DNA of 25,769 nucleotides from a virus (Duplodnaviria; Caudoviricetes). The stretch covers positions 1 to 25,769 of the IMG/VR virus record IMGVR_UViG_3300018079_000036; one strand, written 5' to 3'. Shown here piece after piece: positions 1-9,770 of this stretch. The notes beneath the pieces were generated by a model. It was not told the origin of the DNA and ran no database searches. It worked only from the letters and a program-made list of their open reading frames with translations. The first letter of the stretch is position 1; every line of letters begins with the position of its first letter. The translations under genes and the position numbers were made by a program.

Positions 1-2873
1 CGAGAAGCGAGCGCACCACCTACCGCTGATTCGGTGGAGCTCACCGAGCGCAGCGTCGAGGCTCCGGTCAATCCCGTGTAGAGCGCGATGTCGGAGCCGT
101 CCCAAGTGAAGAACAGCTCCTGCCAGGATCCGTCGGTGAGCGCCGCTCCGTTGTAGTTGCGTCGGATGCCAAACCCCCCGTCTGAATCGCGCAGCACAGT
201 GGCTTCGATGTTTCCGGCTGGGGACGACTCCTGACGGAGGATGATCGCGCTCTTGTTTGATGCGGGGCCAACTTCCTTTATCACAAGAAGGCTCTTGGTC
301 TGAGCCTGCGTCAGCTTGAAGCGCATGAAGATGGTGAACGCATTGGCGATCCCCACGTCTCGATGCGTATTGTCTGCGAACTTGGACCCTACGGAGTCGT
401 AGAGCTGCACCGACTTCGCGTGGAAAGCTCCCCCGCTACCGGCCTCAGCCTCCGCGACTCTCGCAGGGGGCTGTGTGATCTCCTTGGCCACGATCCGACA
501 AAACAGCCGAGGGTCAACGGTGTTCTCAATCACGCGGGCTGTAACTGGTGACGAGATGGTCGGAGACGAATGCACAATCACGTCCCCTGGCTGGATGTTC
601 ACGTAGCTCCAGTCCGTATCGTCGGTGAACTGTTTCTTGGGATTGGCCTTGTCCGCGAGGATGCGATTCAAGACGTTCTGGGCCTGCCCGGAAGTCGTGG
701 TCATTTCCAGAAATAGGCTGCGACCCCCCGAATCCACTTCGTTGCCCAGAACTCCGAAGCGAGCTTGGGAATCGGCATCCCCAGCGGTAACACTGCCAGC
801 GTAGGACGACGTGTTCCCCGCACTCTCAACCCAGTCTCGCCCGAAGTAAGCCGTCGGCGAGTTCCGTATGTCGGCGGCTTGATGGGTGTTCTGCCAATCG
901 ATCGAGATGACTCCGGACTGGTCTTCAACGAATGAGTGCGTAGATGCCGGGGTATCGAGATACCGCAGCGCGTGGCCTTCCCGGCCCCACCAGTGCATGC
1001 TCTCGGAGTTGTCGGCTATCTGATCGAGCAGCGCGTCGAGCTTGGTCGGGTGATCGACGGCAAAGGCCAATCGGATTCCGTTTGCGTCGTAGGCTGCGCC
1101 GGATCCCGAGTAAGTCGCTACATCAATGACGGCTTCGGTTTGCCCGAGAGCCCGGGTAAGCAGCCAACGAGCTACCGCGTCGGGACGCTGGATCGCTGTT
1201 CCGCTTGCTGTTGGACTCCCGAAGAGGCCGCTGTTGTCAGGGACGGGCACTCCGTCAACCACGGCTTCGACCAGGTCTCCGACTTCGATGTTCGCGCCGG
1301 AGACGTCGATTGCCACGTCGGCTGTTCGAGTAGTGAAACGCAGATCTTTAGTGTCTTCCGACACCAGAGGGGTATGGGTTACTTCCTTCCAAGCCTCCCA
1401 CACATTGACTTGAGTAGGGTCGGTCTGAACGACGATCTCGAAATCACTGGTTTCAGATCCCCCCGTGTCGATCGTGCTGCGGAACTCTCCCTTATTGAAC
1501 GCAGCGGAAAGCGTGAGAAAGGTTGATCCGCTCCGTCTGATTCGCACATTTCCTGTAATCAACGGGCCGTTCATGACAGCGTAGTAGCGCTGCTCACTGA
1601 AGACCCCGTTCACTCCTGGGAAGCTGGAGAAGGTGAGGATGTCTTCTCCCACGGTGCCCGTATTGACGCTCACTCCCGTATCTTCATTTCCGTCGTTCGC
1701 ATTAGCGTGAGCGGGAGGGCCGCTGGTGGCACCAGCAAAGGTGACTTGAATGCTGTCAGAGAAGACTCCGGTGTTATGGACGTGCAACCCGTCATCCACC
1801 GTTGCCACGGGCTGCTGTGTAACTTCTCCCGCGGACTCGGAGCCGAACGGAATCAGTTGATTGATGCGAGCATCCGTGCGGATCCCTCCAATAGCCCTTG
1901 GGTCGGGCACACTGACCATTTGAAACTGAGAGCCGCTGATTACGGTTGGGTCTCCCCCTCCGTGGGGAGTGACGCGCACTTCCCGGATCGCAACGCATTG
2001 GTGATTGGCAACCGTGTAGTCATACGCGGCCTTGTCCTCACGCACTGCTGTTCCAGCGGTGATTGTGGTGCCGAGGGTGTTCAGGTTGGGAGAGACGGCA
2101 ACGAAGCGTTTCCCTACTGAATCGACGGCACCGATCGTGAACGGGTTGTTGATGAACCCGTTGATGATGATTGAGTCTCCGGCTTCGAATCCATCGACTT
2201 CAGAGACCTTGAGCTTGGATCCCGCGCTCACTTCCTCCGTGATGGTCGTAGTAGCTCCCGCTCCCGTTGCGCGGGCTCGCACGCGAACCCCAGATCCCAC
2301 GACGATCGGGAGATAGGTCTTCCCATCGAGTTCGTCTCGATCGGCCTCGGGGAACTCGAGTCGGGTCACAGCCCGCATTGGAATCTGGTCGTTGAGCTTG
2401 AAGTTCCGCGTGTAGACGGGAACTATGAACTTCTCGCGGTCGATGCTCGTTGGGGCTCCCGCGATTCCACTTGCTACCCAGCGCATTGCCACGTCTTCGG
2501 AGAAAGCGGGTAGATCGGAAGTCCCGGAGGTCAATAGAACCCGGACTTCCACGTCGGCCAACTCCCAAGGGAAGACGGGGTAGAAGATCTGCGAGAGATA
2601 ATCGTAAACCTGTCCCTGATACTCGATCGGGGAGTTGTTGAACTGGAGCTGGAAGCTCTGGCTGCTGGTGTTGTTCTCGGGGAAGTTCGCTGCGGTGCGC
2701 AGAGTTCCCGCGGTAGCAACGTAGGGCTGGTAGAGATGGCCGAGATACGAGATCGCGCGCTCAGTGCAGAAGCGCAGCGTTCCCGAAGTGGAGGTGACAT
2801 CCACCAGGACGATTGGAGCGATGCTCCCGCGCTTCAGTAGGGTTTCCTGGCTGCTATGAACGTCGATGGGCAT
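1..2873 (-). CDS. Large tail tip/baseplate hub-central fibre protein with a distal LamG/concanavalin-A-like domain (3' partial, >957 aa)
   Basis: Manual translation from ATG 2873 (MPIDVHSSQETLLKRGSIAPIVLVDVTSTSGTLRFCTERAISYLGHLYQPYV...) finds no stop before the window edge. It directly follows the Dit-like gene. The distal part AFTIFMRFKL...LTDGSWQELFFTWDGSDIALY matches the LamG pattern. Confidence 0.85.
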   Translation of the reverse strand, partial: MPIDVHSSQETLLKRGSIAPIVLVDVTSTSGTLRFCTERAISYLGHLYQPYVATAGTLRTAANFPENNTSSQSFQLQFNNSPIEYQGQVYDYLSQIFYPVFPWELADVEVRVLLTSGTSDLPAFSEDVAMRWVASGIAGAPTSIDREKFIVPVYTRNFKLNDQIPMRAVTRLEFPEADRDELDGKTYLPIVVGSGVRVRARATGAGATTTITEEVSAGSKLKVSEVDGFEAGDSIIINGFINNPFTIGAVDSVGKRFVAVSPNLNTLGTTITAGTAVREDKAAYDYTVANHQCVAIREVRVTPHGGGDPTVISGSQFQMVSVPDPRAIGGIRTDARINQLIPFGSESAGEVTQQPVATVDDGLHVHNTGVFSDSIQVTFAGATSGPPAHANANDGNEDTGVSVNTGTVGEDILTFSSFPGVNGVFSEQRYYAVMNGPLITGNVRIRRSGSTFLTLSAAFNKGEFRSTIDTGGSETSDFEIVVQTDPTQVNVWEAWKEVTHTPLVSEDTKDLRFTTRTADVAIDVSGANIEVGDLVEAVVDGVPVPDNSGLFGSPTASGTAIQRPDAVARWLLTRALGQTEAVIDVATYSGSGAAYDANGIRLAFAVDHPTKLDALLDQIADNSESMHWWGREGHALRYLDTPASTHSFVEDQSGVISIDWQNTHQAADIRNSPTAYFGRDWVESAGNTSSYAGSVTAGDADSQARFGVLGNEVDSGGRSLFLEMTTTSGQAQNVLNRILADKANPKKQFTDDTDWSYVNIQPGDVIVHSSPTISSPVTARVIENTVDPRLFCRIVAKEITQPPARVAEAEAGSGGAFHAKSVQLYDSVGSKFADNTHRDVGIANAFTIFMRFKLTQAQTKSLLVIKEVGPASNKSAIILRQESSPAGNIEATVLRDSDGGFGIRRNYNGAALTDGSWQELFFTWDGSDIALYTGLTGASTLRSVSSTESAVGGALAS

Positions 2874-3614
2874 CTAAAGCTTCACTTGCGAAAACTCTAA
2901 ATCGACAGAGAACAGATTGAGTTCTCGATCCTGCACGAACATCTGCTTCATGTAGCAGGGGTAGGTCTCGCCTTCGTCATCCGTGAGATAGACGAGCTTG
3001 ATCCCTTCGTTGGCTTCGAAAATGTCGAGCCAGGTCCCTGCCTGCGCTTGAGTCAACCCACGGATGCGGTAGGACTTGATCTTCCCTGGGCCGGCGTGGC
3101 GAATGCTCAAACGCTCGCCATTGGGGAGATCGATGAACGTCCGCTTTGGATTGGTGGAAGTTCCCACGTTGATGTCCGGAGCCCTGGGGGATTCGAACTT
3201 CCGCATGAGTCCCAGTTCTCCCAGGCGCACAGTGCTGCTAACTCCGCTCGCGGTCAGTTTCACATCGATGTATTGCGCGGAGGATTCCGAGCCAAGATCC
3301 GTCACGTTGGGATCATCCGCGGTAAGCGTGCCCGAGAAAAGCACGGTGGGGGTTGTGCGGAGAGAGTTCGGATAGGTGAGGACGACCGCTGTTCCGCCCG
3401 CCATAGAATGCTCGGCAAGAACCAAGTAGCGCCATGGGTCGATACTGCTTCCTGGCTGATCCACTTGAACTACTGTGTCCGTTCCCGAGGTCGCAAACTG
3501 ATACGAGAGACGATCGTCGGCGAGGTAGATGACGCTCGACTCCGTTGAAACGTTTGTAGCAGCGAACGTGCTGTCATCGAGGACGCTGGCGTAGAGGATT
3601 GAAATGTTGCCCAT
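2874..3614 (-). CDS. Distal tail (Dit-like) protein with possible N-terminal carbohydrate-binding-like domain
   Basis: 246 aa, immediately after the tape measure (TAATG overlap). Beta-rich; C-terminus ...FSVDLEFSQV is typical of Dit-like proteins. The call is mainly positional. Confidence 0.65.
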   Translation of the reverse strand: MGNISILYASVLDDSTFAATNVSTESSVIYLADDRLSYQFATSGTDTVVQVDQPGSSIDPWRYLVLAEHSMAGGTAVVLTYPNSLRTTPTVLFSGTLTADDPNVTDLGSESSAQYIDVKLTASGVSSTVRLGELGLMRKFESPRAPDINVGTSTNPKRTFIDLPNGERLSIRHAGPGKIKSYRIRGLTQAQAGTWLDIFEANEGIKLVYLTDDEGETYPCYMKQMFVQDRELNLFSVDLEFSQVKL

Positions 3615-6454
3615 TACGACACACTCATGGAGCGGAACCCAGGTCGGCTGGAACCAGCGCTGGGTATGAGCCCGTAGCGCTTCTGAGTGGCAATCGCTTC
3701 GGCAATCTTGGCGTCCAGGGCCTCTCCGCTGAGCTCTTCGTTGGCACTAATCACGGCGCGGATGATGCCCTTTGTAGTCTCTGCGTTGGCAAGCCGAAGA
3801 TTCGCTTCCAACTCTTCGATCTGTGCTAGCAGTGCGCGGCTTTGGATTTCCTTGAAGCCAAGGCCGGCATCTCCAAAGCTGGATTGCACGGCTCGCAGTT
3901 TGGCGTTGAGTGCGTTGAGAGCCCGTTGAATGTTGGTCGGGTCGTTTACATCTCCCCCGACCACGGCCCCGAGATTGATGGTCTCTCGAGCTGCGCTGGC
4001 GAAAGAGTTCCCAGCTGACTCCGCTGCATCCCCGACGCCTTCGAGCTGCATTCGATTGCGCGATAGGGACTCGTTTAGGGTGTCGACACCTTGCGCTGAC
4101 GATGCGAAGTCCGCGCCCATCGAAACGAAGGCATTGCCTGTTATGTCAGCCAGACCAGCTGAGGTGCGGAGATTTTGCTCCATCTTCTCAAGGCCACTGC
4201 GGGAGCGCTCGACCGCGTTGCGAAGCTTGTCGGCTTCCTTGGAGAGTTCGCCGAACTTCTTCTTGGCGTCTTCGCCTTCTCCGGCTCCCTGGGCCAGCTC
4301 TTTCTCGAGCTTGTCCAGGGCCACAGCGGACTCGACCAATCGGGCCGAGAGTTCGTGGAACTCCATCTGGGTCTTGATGCTCGCGTTTCCAAGCAACATG
4401 AGAGACTGAACATTCGACAGAAGCGCTTGGTCTGTTCGCGCTGCCGAAGTGCCTATCTTTTCCAGGGCCGCGAGTCGAATCTCTTCACCTGCTGCAAAGT
4501 TCTGATTCGCAGCGGTGACCTGTTCCAGTGCTTGTTGGGTATCCGCGAGGGCAAGGGCAGTTTGCTTGATGCGCTCTTGTTCATCGAAAGTCGCTTGCGC
4601 TCCAAGAGCCCGCGCGTCGTTCTCGGCTTGAATGGCTGCGACCATTCGCAAGCGAGCGTCTTCACCTTGCTTAGCCGCTTCGAGTAGTCGCTGTTGCTGG
4701 GATAGTTCCAGCTCCCGCGCGGCGATCTGTTCGTTGATTTGCGCCGTCACGTCTTCGGGACGTTCGGCTTTCACTTGTAGCTGTTCTCCCTTCGCGATCT
4801 TGATCGCTTCCAGGATTCGCTCTTGATCTTGAATCAACCCACCCAGGAAGACTTCAAGGACTCCGGTGACCAACGGGAGATTGGCGATACTGGAGTTGAG
4901 CGCGTTCTTGGTGCGCTCGATCGCCATCTCAGTTTCCTTCAGCTTCGCGCTGAGATTCGCGACCGACCGGGTCTCCAAGGGGTTCAGGAAGGCGATCAGT
5001 TCCAGGGTTGCGGCCTTGATGCTGGTCTTGAGGTTGTCCCACTTGAGCGCGATTTGCGCGAGGAACACGCTGTTCCTCAATCGCAGGGATTCGAGACGCT
5101 GTTGGTTCGCATCCAACTGATCGTTGATCGCTTTGTAGTTCCGTAGAAGGCCAACGGAGAGCACGGTGCCCAAGCGTTCAGATTCGCTGCGCAGATTCGC
5201 GAAGCCCTCTTCTCCCTCTTTGGCCAGATTGACGAGGGACGCTCCCTCTCGACCGAAGGCAACGAACGCGAGTCGCAACTGCTCTTGGCTGTTCTGCGTC
5301 TTCCCGATTACGGATAAGTAGTCTTCGAAGACCGCAGTTCCCTCGCGCACGAAGCCCTTGTTGTCGACCAGGGCGACCCCGAGTCGTTGGAGTTCCTTGC
5401 CAAAGGTGCCGGTCCCTTGGTGGGCTTCCGCAATCTTGCGCTGGAAGCGCTCGAATCCCGAGTTCAGAGCGGATGTTTCGATTCCCGATTGCTTCGCAGC
5501 GAAGTGATACTGCTGAAGCGTTTCAACGTGGATTCCCATTCGAGAGCTTGCGTCGGCCAGATTGGAAGCCGTCTCCGCAAGTTGTCTGGCGAACTGCAAA
5601 GCATTCTGCGCGGCATTGAAAAACCACTTCGCGACTGGGACCCCGATCCAGAGGGTCAGTCCCAAACCTATAGACGGAATGACAGAGCTGATTCTGAGTA
5701 GAGCGTTTAGGAACGGAACAGCGGTTGAGCCTATTGCGGAGAAGATCTTGGTGAATGGCCCGAATACTCGGCTTCCTTCGGACGCTGATTTGAGCATCGA
5801 CCCCAAACCCTGGGTCACACCTGTTAGCGCTGTCTCTGCAATGCGCGCTGCTGGGGCAATCGCGGGGAGCGAACTCAGGAACTTGCCCAGTCCCGCGGCC
5901 CCAAGCGCAGTCCAGCGAACCAGTCCTCCGATAGAGTGGCCTGCAACGTCGATTCCCTTTGCGAGTATGGGAAAACTCCCCTGAAGGGAGATCATCGCAG
6001 CATGAAGTTTTTGCAGACCGTCAAACGACAGTCTGACTGCCTTTGCTGTCAGGACTTCCAGGCTTGCTCCAAACTGGACTATCCATCCCGACGCGGATTG
6101 AATCAACGCAACCAACTTCACGACAGCGATTGCCATAGCAGCCATGCTGTTTGTGGATGCCGATAGAACCGTCTGGAGAACTCCCGCTGCTCCACCCATC
6201 ACACCCAAGACCGCTTCCAACGCTCTCAACGGAGCTAACAGAATCTTCGTAGCGAGCGATTGGTCACCCATAGCCTGAGCCGCTTTCGCGGAGGCTTGGG
6301 CGACTTCCTCTTGAGATGCGGCAAGCTGCGCGTTTGCGCCTTCGATGGACTTCGTCGCGCCACCGACAGCGGCTTCGGCAATCTTGATCTTCTGTTCAAG
6401 TTCTTTCACGTCCACCGTGAACAAAACGTTGATTGCTTTCAGTGTTCCTGCCAT
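3614..6454 (-). CDS. Tail tape measure protein (946 aa)
   Basis: Long Ala/Leu/Gly-rich helical protein with hydrophobic segments and the TMP motif LADASSRMGIHVETLQQYHFAAKQSG. The start is reassigned to ATG 6454, which overlaps the upstream stop (TAATG). Confidence 0.92.
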   Translation of the reverse strand: MAGTLKAINVLFTVDVKELEQKIKIAEAAVGGATKSIEGANAQLAASQEEVAQASAKAAQAMGDQSLATKILLAPLRALEAVLGVMGGAAGVLQTVLSASTNSMAAMAIAVVKLVALIQSASGWIVQFGASLEVLTAKAVRLSFDGLQKLHAAMISLQGSFPILAKGIDVAGHSIGGLVRWTALGAAGLGKFLSSLPAIAPAARIAETALTGVTQGLGSMLKSASEGSRVFGPFTKIFSAIGSTAVPFLNALLRISSVIPSIGLGLTLWIGVPVAKWFFNAAQNALQFARQLAETASNLADASSRMGIHVETLQQYHFAAKQSGIETSALNSGFERFQRKIAEAHQGTGTFGKELQRLGVALVDNKGFVREGTAVFEDYLSVIGKTQNSQEQLRLAFVAFGREGASLVNLAKEGEEGFANLRSESERLGTVLSVGLLRNYKAINDQLDANQQRLESLRLRNSVFLAQIALKWDNLKTSIKAATLELIAFLNPLETRSVANLSAKLKETEMAIERTKNALNSSIANLPLVTGVLEVFLGGLIQDQERILEAIKIAKGEQLQVKAERPEDVTAQINEQIAARELELSQQQRLLEAAKQGEDARLRMVAAIQAENDARALGAQATFDEQERIKQTALALADTQQALEQVTAANQNFAAGEEIRLAALEKIGTSAARTDQALLSNVQSLMLLGNASIKTQMEFHELSARLVESAVALDKLEKELAQGAGEGEDAKKKFGELSKEADKLRNAVERSRSGLEKMEQNLRTSAGLADITGNAFVSMGADFASSAQGVDTLNESLSRNRMQLEGVGDAAESAGNSFASAARETINLGAVVGGDVNDPTNIQRALNALNAKLRAVQSSFGDAGLGFKEIQSRALLAQIEELEANLRLANAETTKGIIRAVISANEELSGEALDAKIAEAIATQKRYGLIPSAGSSRPGFRSMSVS

Positions 6455-6815
6455 TAGGGTTTCCCTTTGTCCAGGCTCCGTTCGAGCGTTGTGGCGAGCG
6501 CGGACATCGTCGCTTTCATTCGTTCTACGGATTGCTGCGTCGCTTCGCGCGCAGTGTTTTTCCAATACTGAATGATAAAGTCTTGAATGGTGAAGGGCTT
6601 TGGTCTTGTCTTGGAATCACGAACGGTGTTGGCGAGAATGCTCGCAATGATCGCTGTGTTGATGTCTGCGCGTTCTTCAGGCCACGGCTCTACTTGGAAG
6701 TAGGCGAGGTATTCCACGAACTCCGCTGAAGAGATTCGGTGTTGGAGTTCTCGGGTTGGGATCCCCAAAGCAAGGCTCAGTCTGATCCAAGCTATTTGCT
6801 CGGGGTTGCGTCTAA
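6454..6815 (-). CDS. Tail assembly chaperone T part (C-terminal part of frameshifted GT)
   Basis: The frame is open upstream of the listed TTG: FRRNPEQIAWIRLSLALGIPTRELQHRISSAEFVEYLAYFQVEPWPEERAD, lambda gpT-like. It overlaps the end of gene G in the -1 frame. Confidence 0.8.
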
Positions 6816-7178
6816 ACTTGCGACGGCTTCCTCTACGGCTTCAGCCCCAAGGCTGTTGAGACGGAGGGCCACGCTGAACGCTTTCTGAAGCGAGCCTGAG
6901 TTGCGCAGTCGAAGAAAGCGCACCCCTTCGTCGACGTTGTCGAACCAGGGGACTCCGTTCTCGTCCACCAGGGAGAGGGCGAGAAGCCGGGCTTCTGCGT
7001 CTTCCGTCTTGAACTTCCGGGTGCCATCCGATTGAACTTCCACGGTTGCCCGCAGATAGTTGTCTCGGTCTGCTCCCGTCATGGAACGCAGGCGCACATT
7101 CCCCCAGTTGGCGACTTCTACTTCTTCATAGGCAGCATCGTCTATTGCGAGAAAGTCAGCTTTTGAAACTAATGGCAT
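6792..7178 (-). CDS. Tail assembly chaperone G
   Basis: 128 aa between major tail and TMP; motif EEVEVANWGNVRLRSMTGADRD; RBS GGGAG upstream. Confidence 0.85.
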   Translation of the reverse strand: MPLVSKADFLAIDDAAYEEVEVANWGNVRLRSMTGADRDNYLRATVEVQSDGTRKFKTEDAEARLLALSLVDENGVPWFDNVDEGVRFLRLRNSGSLQKAFSVALRLNSLGAEAVEEAVASLDATPSK

Positions 7179-7196
7179 GATTGCTCTCCCTTCTGA

Positions 7197-7610
7197 TTAT
7201 GTGACTGTGATCGTAGATGTCGGCTTCAACGTGATGTCAGCAGTGATCTCCGACTCCAGTTCAAACTCGTTGCCGTAGCTGGTTACGAACGCGGTGAACG
7301 AGTGAGTCTGTTGGCTTCCGGACACGGGCACTGGAAATACGATGGAGAAGTTTTTGGCAACAGCGGCGACTACATCGCTCCGCAGGGTGGTGTGTTGTGT
7401 GTTGCCGGCGTCAAACGAGAGCGAGAATGTTACGTCTCCCGTTCGCAGAATCGTCGGCATCACTTCCTCGAATCCGTTGGGCGAGAGCAGATTGGTGACG
7501 TCGGCGAGATCTCGGGTTAGAGATGGCCCGGAGATTCCCTTGACGTTGGCAATCGTGACCCCCTCTCTTTTGAGTGTGGTTCCTAAACTTGAAACGGCGG
7601 TTACTGCCAT
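7197..7610 (-). CDS. Major tail tube protein (lambda V-like)
   Basis: 137 aa from ATG 7610 with RBS AGGAG; motifs ISGPSLTRDLADVTNL, GDVTFSL, SFTAFVT, ITADITLKPT. Confidence 0.88.
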   Translation of the reverse strand: MAVTAVSSLGTTLKREGVTIANVKGISGPSLTRDLADVTNLLSPNGFEEVMPTILRTGDVTFSLSFDAGNTQHTTLRSDVVAAVAKNFSIVFPVPVSGSQQTHSFTAFVTSYGNEFELESEITADITLKPTSTITVT

Positions 7611-7629
7611 GGTGTTGGTCTCCTGTGTG

Positions 7630-7992
7630 TTAGTTGTTCCAGACGATGAAGTCCAGAACTGCGTAGTTGATGTCCACGTCTTCATCGAAGCGGTCCGCTT
7701 CGTTGGACAAGACTGTCTTGCTATTCCCGTCCAACACGGACTTGATCGCGGTGGACAGGGTCTTGGTTTCGGAATAGGTCTTGGCCCACGCACTGATTTG
7801 AATGCGCGCGGACTGGATTTCGGTCGTTCCTACGAGAACGGGGAACGGGACCGTAGAAATGCGCTGGTAGACGATCAGCGGAAAGTTGGCCGAATCGACT
7901 TGATTGACGGGGTAAATCCGGTCCCCCACAAGGGCTGAGACTGTGGGATCGGTCTGCAAGCGAGAGACGAGAGATTCTTCTGGTGTTGGCAT
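7630..7992 (-). CDS. Tail terminator/completion protein (DUF3168-like)
   Basis: LVGDRIYP...FPLIVYQRIS...ARIQISAWAKTYSE; positioned just before the major tail gene. Confidence 0.85.
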   Translation of the reverse strand: MPTPEESLVSRLQTDPTVSALVGDRIYPVNQVDSANFPLIVYQRISTVPFPVLVGTTEIQSARIQISAWAKTYSETKTLSTAIKSVLDGNSKTVLSNEADRFDEDVDINYAVLDFIVWNN

Positions 7993-8355
7993 CTACAGCT
8001 CCAGGAGACGATTGACCCTCTTTACGAGGTCTTCAACGACAGCGGTTTCAGTCTCATCCGCTGCGGGCCGCAAGAACGGCTTGGCGGCGCGGTGAAGTCC
8101 CCCTAGCTCCACGTCGTCTGCATACTCCGCGGTTGGCCCCACTTCGATGGTGACGGACGTAGAAGTCTGTTCGGAGATGTCTGCGGAGATCGAATCGCGT
8201 AGGTGTCCGGTCTGGACAGGAGCCTTTTCCTTGGCCGAGTCGACCATCAGCTGAACGCTATCGAGCGCAGCCTCGGGAAGTCCCTTCATCACGTCAGAAA
8301 CGATCCCGTCGAGCGCTCTTTGCAGTTCCTTATCACCAGACACCTTCATTCGCAT
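7993..8355 (-). CDS. HK97 gp10-like tail component
   Basis: APVQTGHLRDSI and VELG...AAKPFLRPA motifs. The start is reassigned to ATG 8355 (TAATG overlap with the upstream stop). Confidence 0.9.
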   Translation of the reverse strand: MRMKVSGDKELQRALDGIVSDVMKGLPEAALDSVQLMVDSAKEKAPVQTGHLRDSISADISEQTSTSVTIEVGPTAEYADDVELGGLHRAAKPFLRPAADETETAVVEDLVKRVNRLLEL

Positions 8356-8690
8356 TAGGCACCTCTCTCTTGCAGCTCGCACTTGTCGGCGATCTTCTCC
8401 CCTTTGCTGTAGACGGGAACCACTCTCAAGATGCGGTAGGTGACGCCATCGACTATCGCTTCGTCATCAACACGCGGATTCAAGCGATGGGGATCGGTAA
8501 CAGCCGTGATTAGACGAACACGGACGTTCCCCGCTGGCGGATCAGCGAGCGTATCGGTGAATTGCATCAACACATCATCGGAAGTGGTGGACTGGGAGTA
8601 TTGGCGTTCACCGAACGTATTTCGTGACCCTGGGCTCTTGCTTATCAGCGTCATCGTGGCGTTGGTTGCGCGTCTTGGGAACTTTGCCAT
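8355..8690 (-). CDS. Putative head-closure/head-tail joining protein
   Basis: 111 aa beta-rich; RNTFGE near the N-terminus and DEAIVDGVTYRILRV; positioned between connector and gp10. Confidence 0.7.
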   Translation of the reverse strand: MAKFPRRATNATMTLISKSPGSRNTFGERQYSQSTTSDDVLMQFTDTLADPPAGNVRVRLITAVTDPHRLNPRVDDEAIVDGVTYRILRVVPVYSKGEKIADKCELQERGA

Positions 8691-8879
8691 CTACGCTCCC
8701 GATAGGAAGCGGACTGCATCCCGCGCACCGCGTAGATAGGCGTTGAATCGCTGAAGGTCTACCTTCAGAGATGCGACAAGCTTGCCCTCGGCATTGGTCG
8801 CGGGGCCGGTGACTTCGTAGTCGACAAGTTCGCGAGTAGGAACCCCGCGGATGAAGGATTCTATGTTTGCTGTTGGCAT
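8691..8879 (-). CDS. Hypothetical phage protein (62 aa) in the neck module
   Basis: Exactly fills the gap between its neighbours, with TAG-ATG junctions on both sides; SD-like AAGGAG upstream. Confidence 0.7.
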   Translation of the reverse strand: MPTANIESFIRGVPTRELVDYEVTGPATNAEGKLVASLKVDLQRFNAYLRGARDAVRFLSGA

Positions 8880-9689
8880 CTATGCTCTCCTTCGATACCT
8901 ATCCATTACTTCGCTGACGCCCTGAGCCCAGTTGTCCGTGCGATACACGTCCGCAAAAACACCGATCACGGTTGAACTGGTCAGGCGAATGTCTTCGCGG
9001 TCTCCGCGCAATCCCCACTCGTAAGCCACTTGTTTAGTGGCCGCGTATTGGAGGTCTTGAGGGACTTCTGGGTATCCGCTTTGGTAGTCCACCCCGAGAT
9101 TGTTCCAGCGGGAGCGCGGGAAGCGGGAGTACTTCAGCTGGAGGACACCCGTTTCGGGATCTACGGCGTACTCGTTCGCATCGATCGCGGAGCCGTCCTG
9201 GCGCAGAACCGGCGCGAGAGACCCCGTGACTGTGACCGGGTAGTGCTTGAGCAGAAGCGAAGTCTGACCATCACCGTTGTAGCGTTCGTCGACGTGCTGA
9301 ATCTGGATGATTTGCCGACCCAGGTAGCCCTGCATGGAACTGGTGACTCCGGCAATGGTGAGGGCTATGTCGAGCTCCTTGCCGGAAATCGTCGGAATGT
9401 GACTGTTGTTGAAGAACTGCGTGACCTGGGTGACGGACGTGAATGAATCCGCATTGGTGGTGTTCGTGATGTCCCGGATCGAGACGATGACGCCTACCCC
9501 TGCCGAACCGAGCGGGGACAGCGTAAATGTCAGCGTATTTGCGTTGTTCGCGACCGTTGACGTGGGGAAGAACGCTTCCCCGTTAGAGTCGTAGAGAACC
9601 CAGAATGGGCTTGGATCGTTCAGATTGTGAGAGACCACAAGGGTTGTAGTGGCTGCTGGGATCGCGAAATCGTGACGGTTTGTTGGCAC
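8880..9689 (-). CDS. Head-tail connector/adaptor (gp6/phiE125 gp8-like) with N-terminal extension
   Basis: YLGRQII...ERYNGDG...LLLKHYPV...YAVDPETGVL...VDYQSGYPEVPQDLQYA...EVMDRYRR; follows the capsid gene; RBS GAGGAG. Confidence 0.82.
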   Translation of the reverse strand: MPTNRHDFAIPAATTTLVVSHNLNDPSPFWVLYDSNGEAFFPTSTVANNANTLTFTLSPLGSAGVGVIVSIRDITNTTNADSFTSVTQVTQFFNNSHIPTISGKELDIALTIAGVTSSMQGYLGRQIIQIQHVDERYNGDGQTSLLLKHYPVTVTGSLAPVLRQDGSAIDANEYAVDPETGVLQLKYSRFPRSRWNNLGVDYQSGYPEVPQDLQYAATKQVAYEWGLRGDREDIRLTSSTVIGVFADVYRTDNWAQGVSEVMDRYRRRA

Positions 9690-9708
9690 TGTGGGGCTCT
9701 CCTCTGGT

Positions 9709-9742
9709 GAACGCTCTCTACGCTCGCGCGCAGAGAGCGTCC
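9709..9742 (-). terminator. Stable hairpin downstream of the major capsid gene (attenuator or mRNA stabiliser)
   Basis: Minus strand GGACGCTCTCTGCGC-GCGA-GCGTAGAGAGCGTTC: 15-bp stem with a GNRA loop; no U-tract. Confidence 0.55.
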
Positions 9743-9770
9743 GTCATGAGCTTGTCGAAGTTGGGATGAA

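Noticed and set aside
68-2800. Many short ORFs on both strands in the ORF track
   Set aside because: They are shadows of the single long minus-strand tail ORF (1-2873).
6455-8382. Longer listed starts for TMP (6565), major tail (7793) and gp10 (8382)
   Set aside because: They overlap upstream genes; internal ATGs with an RBS or TAATG coupling fit better.
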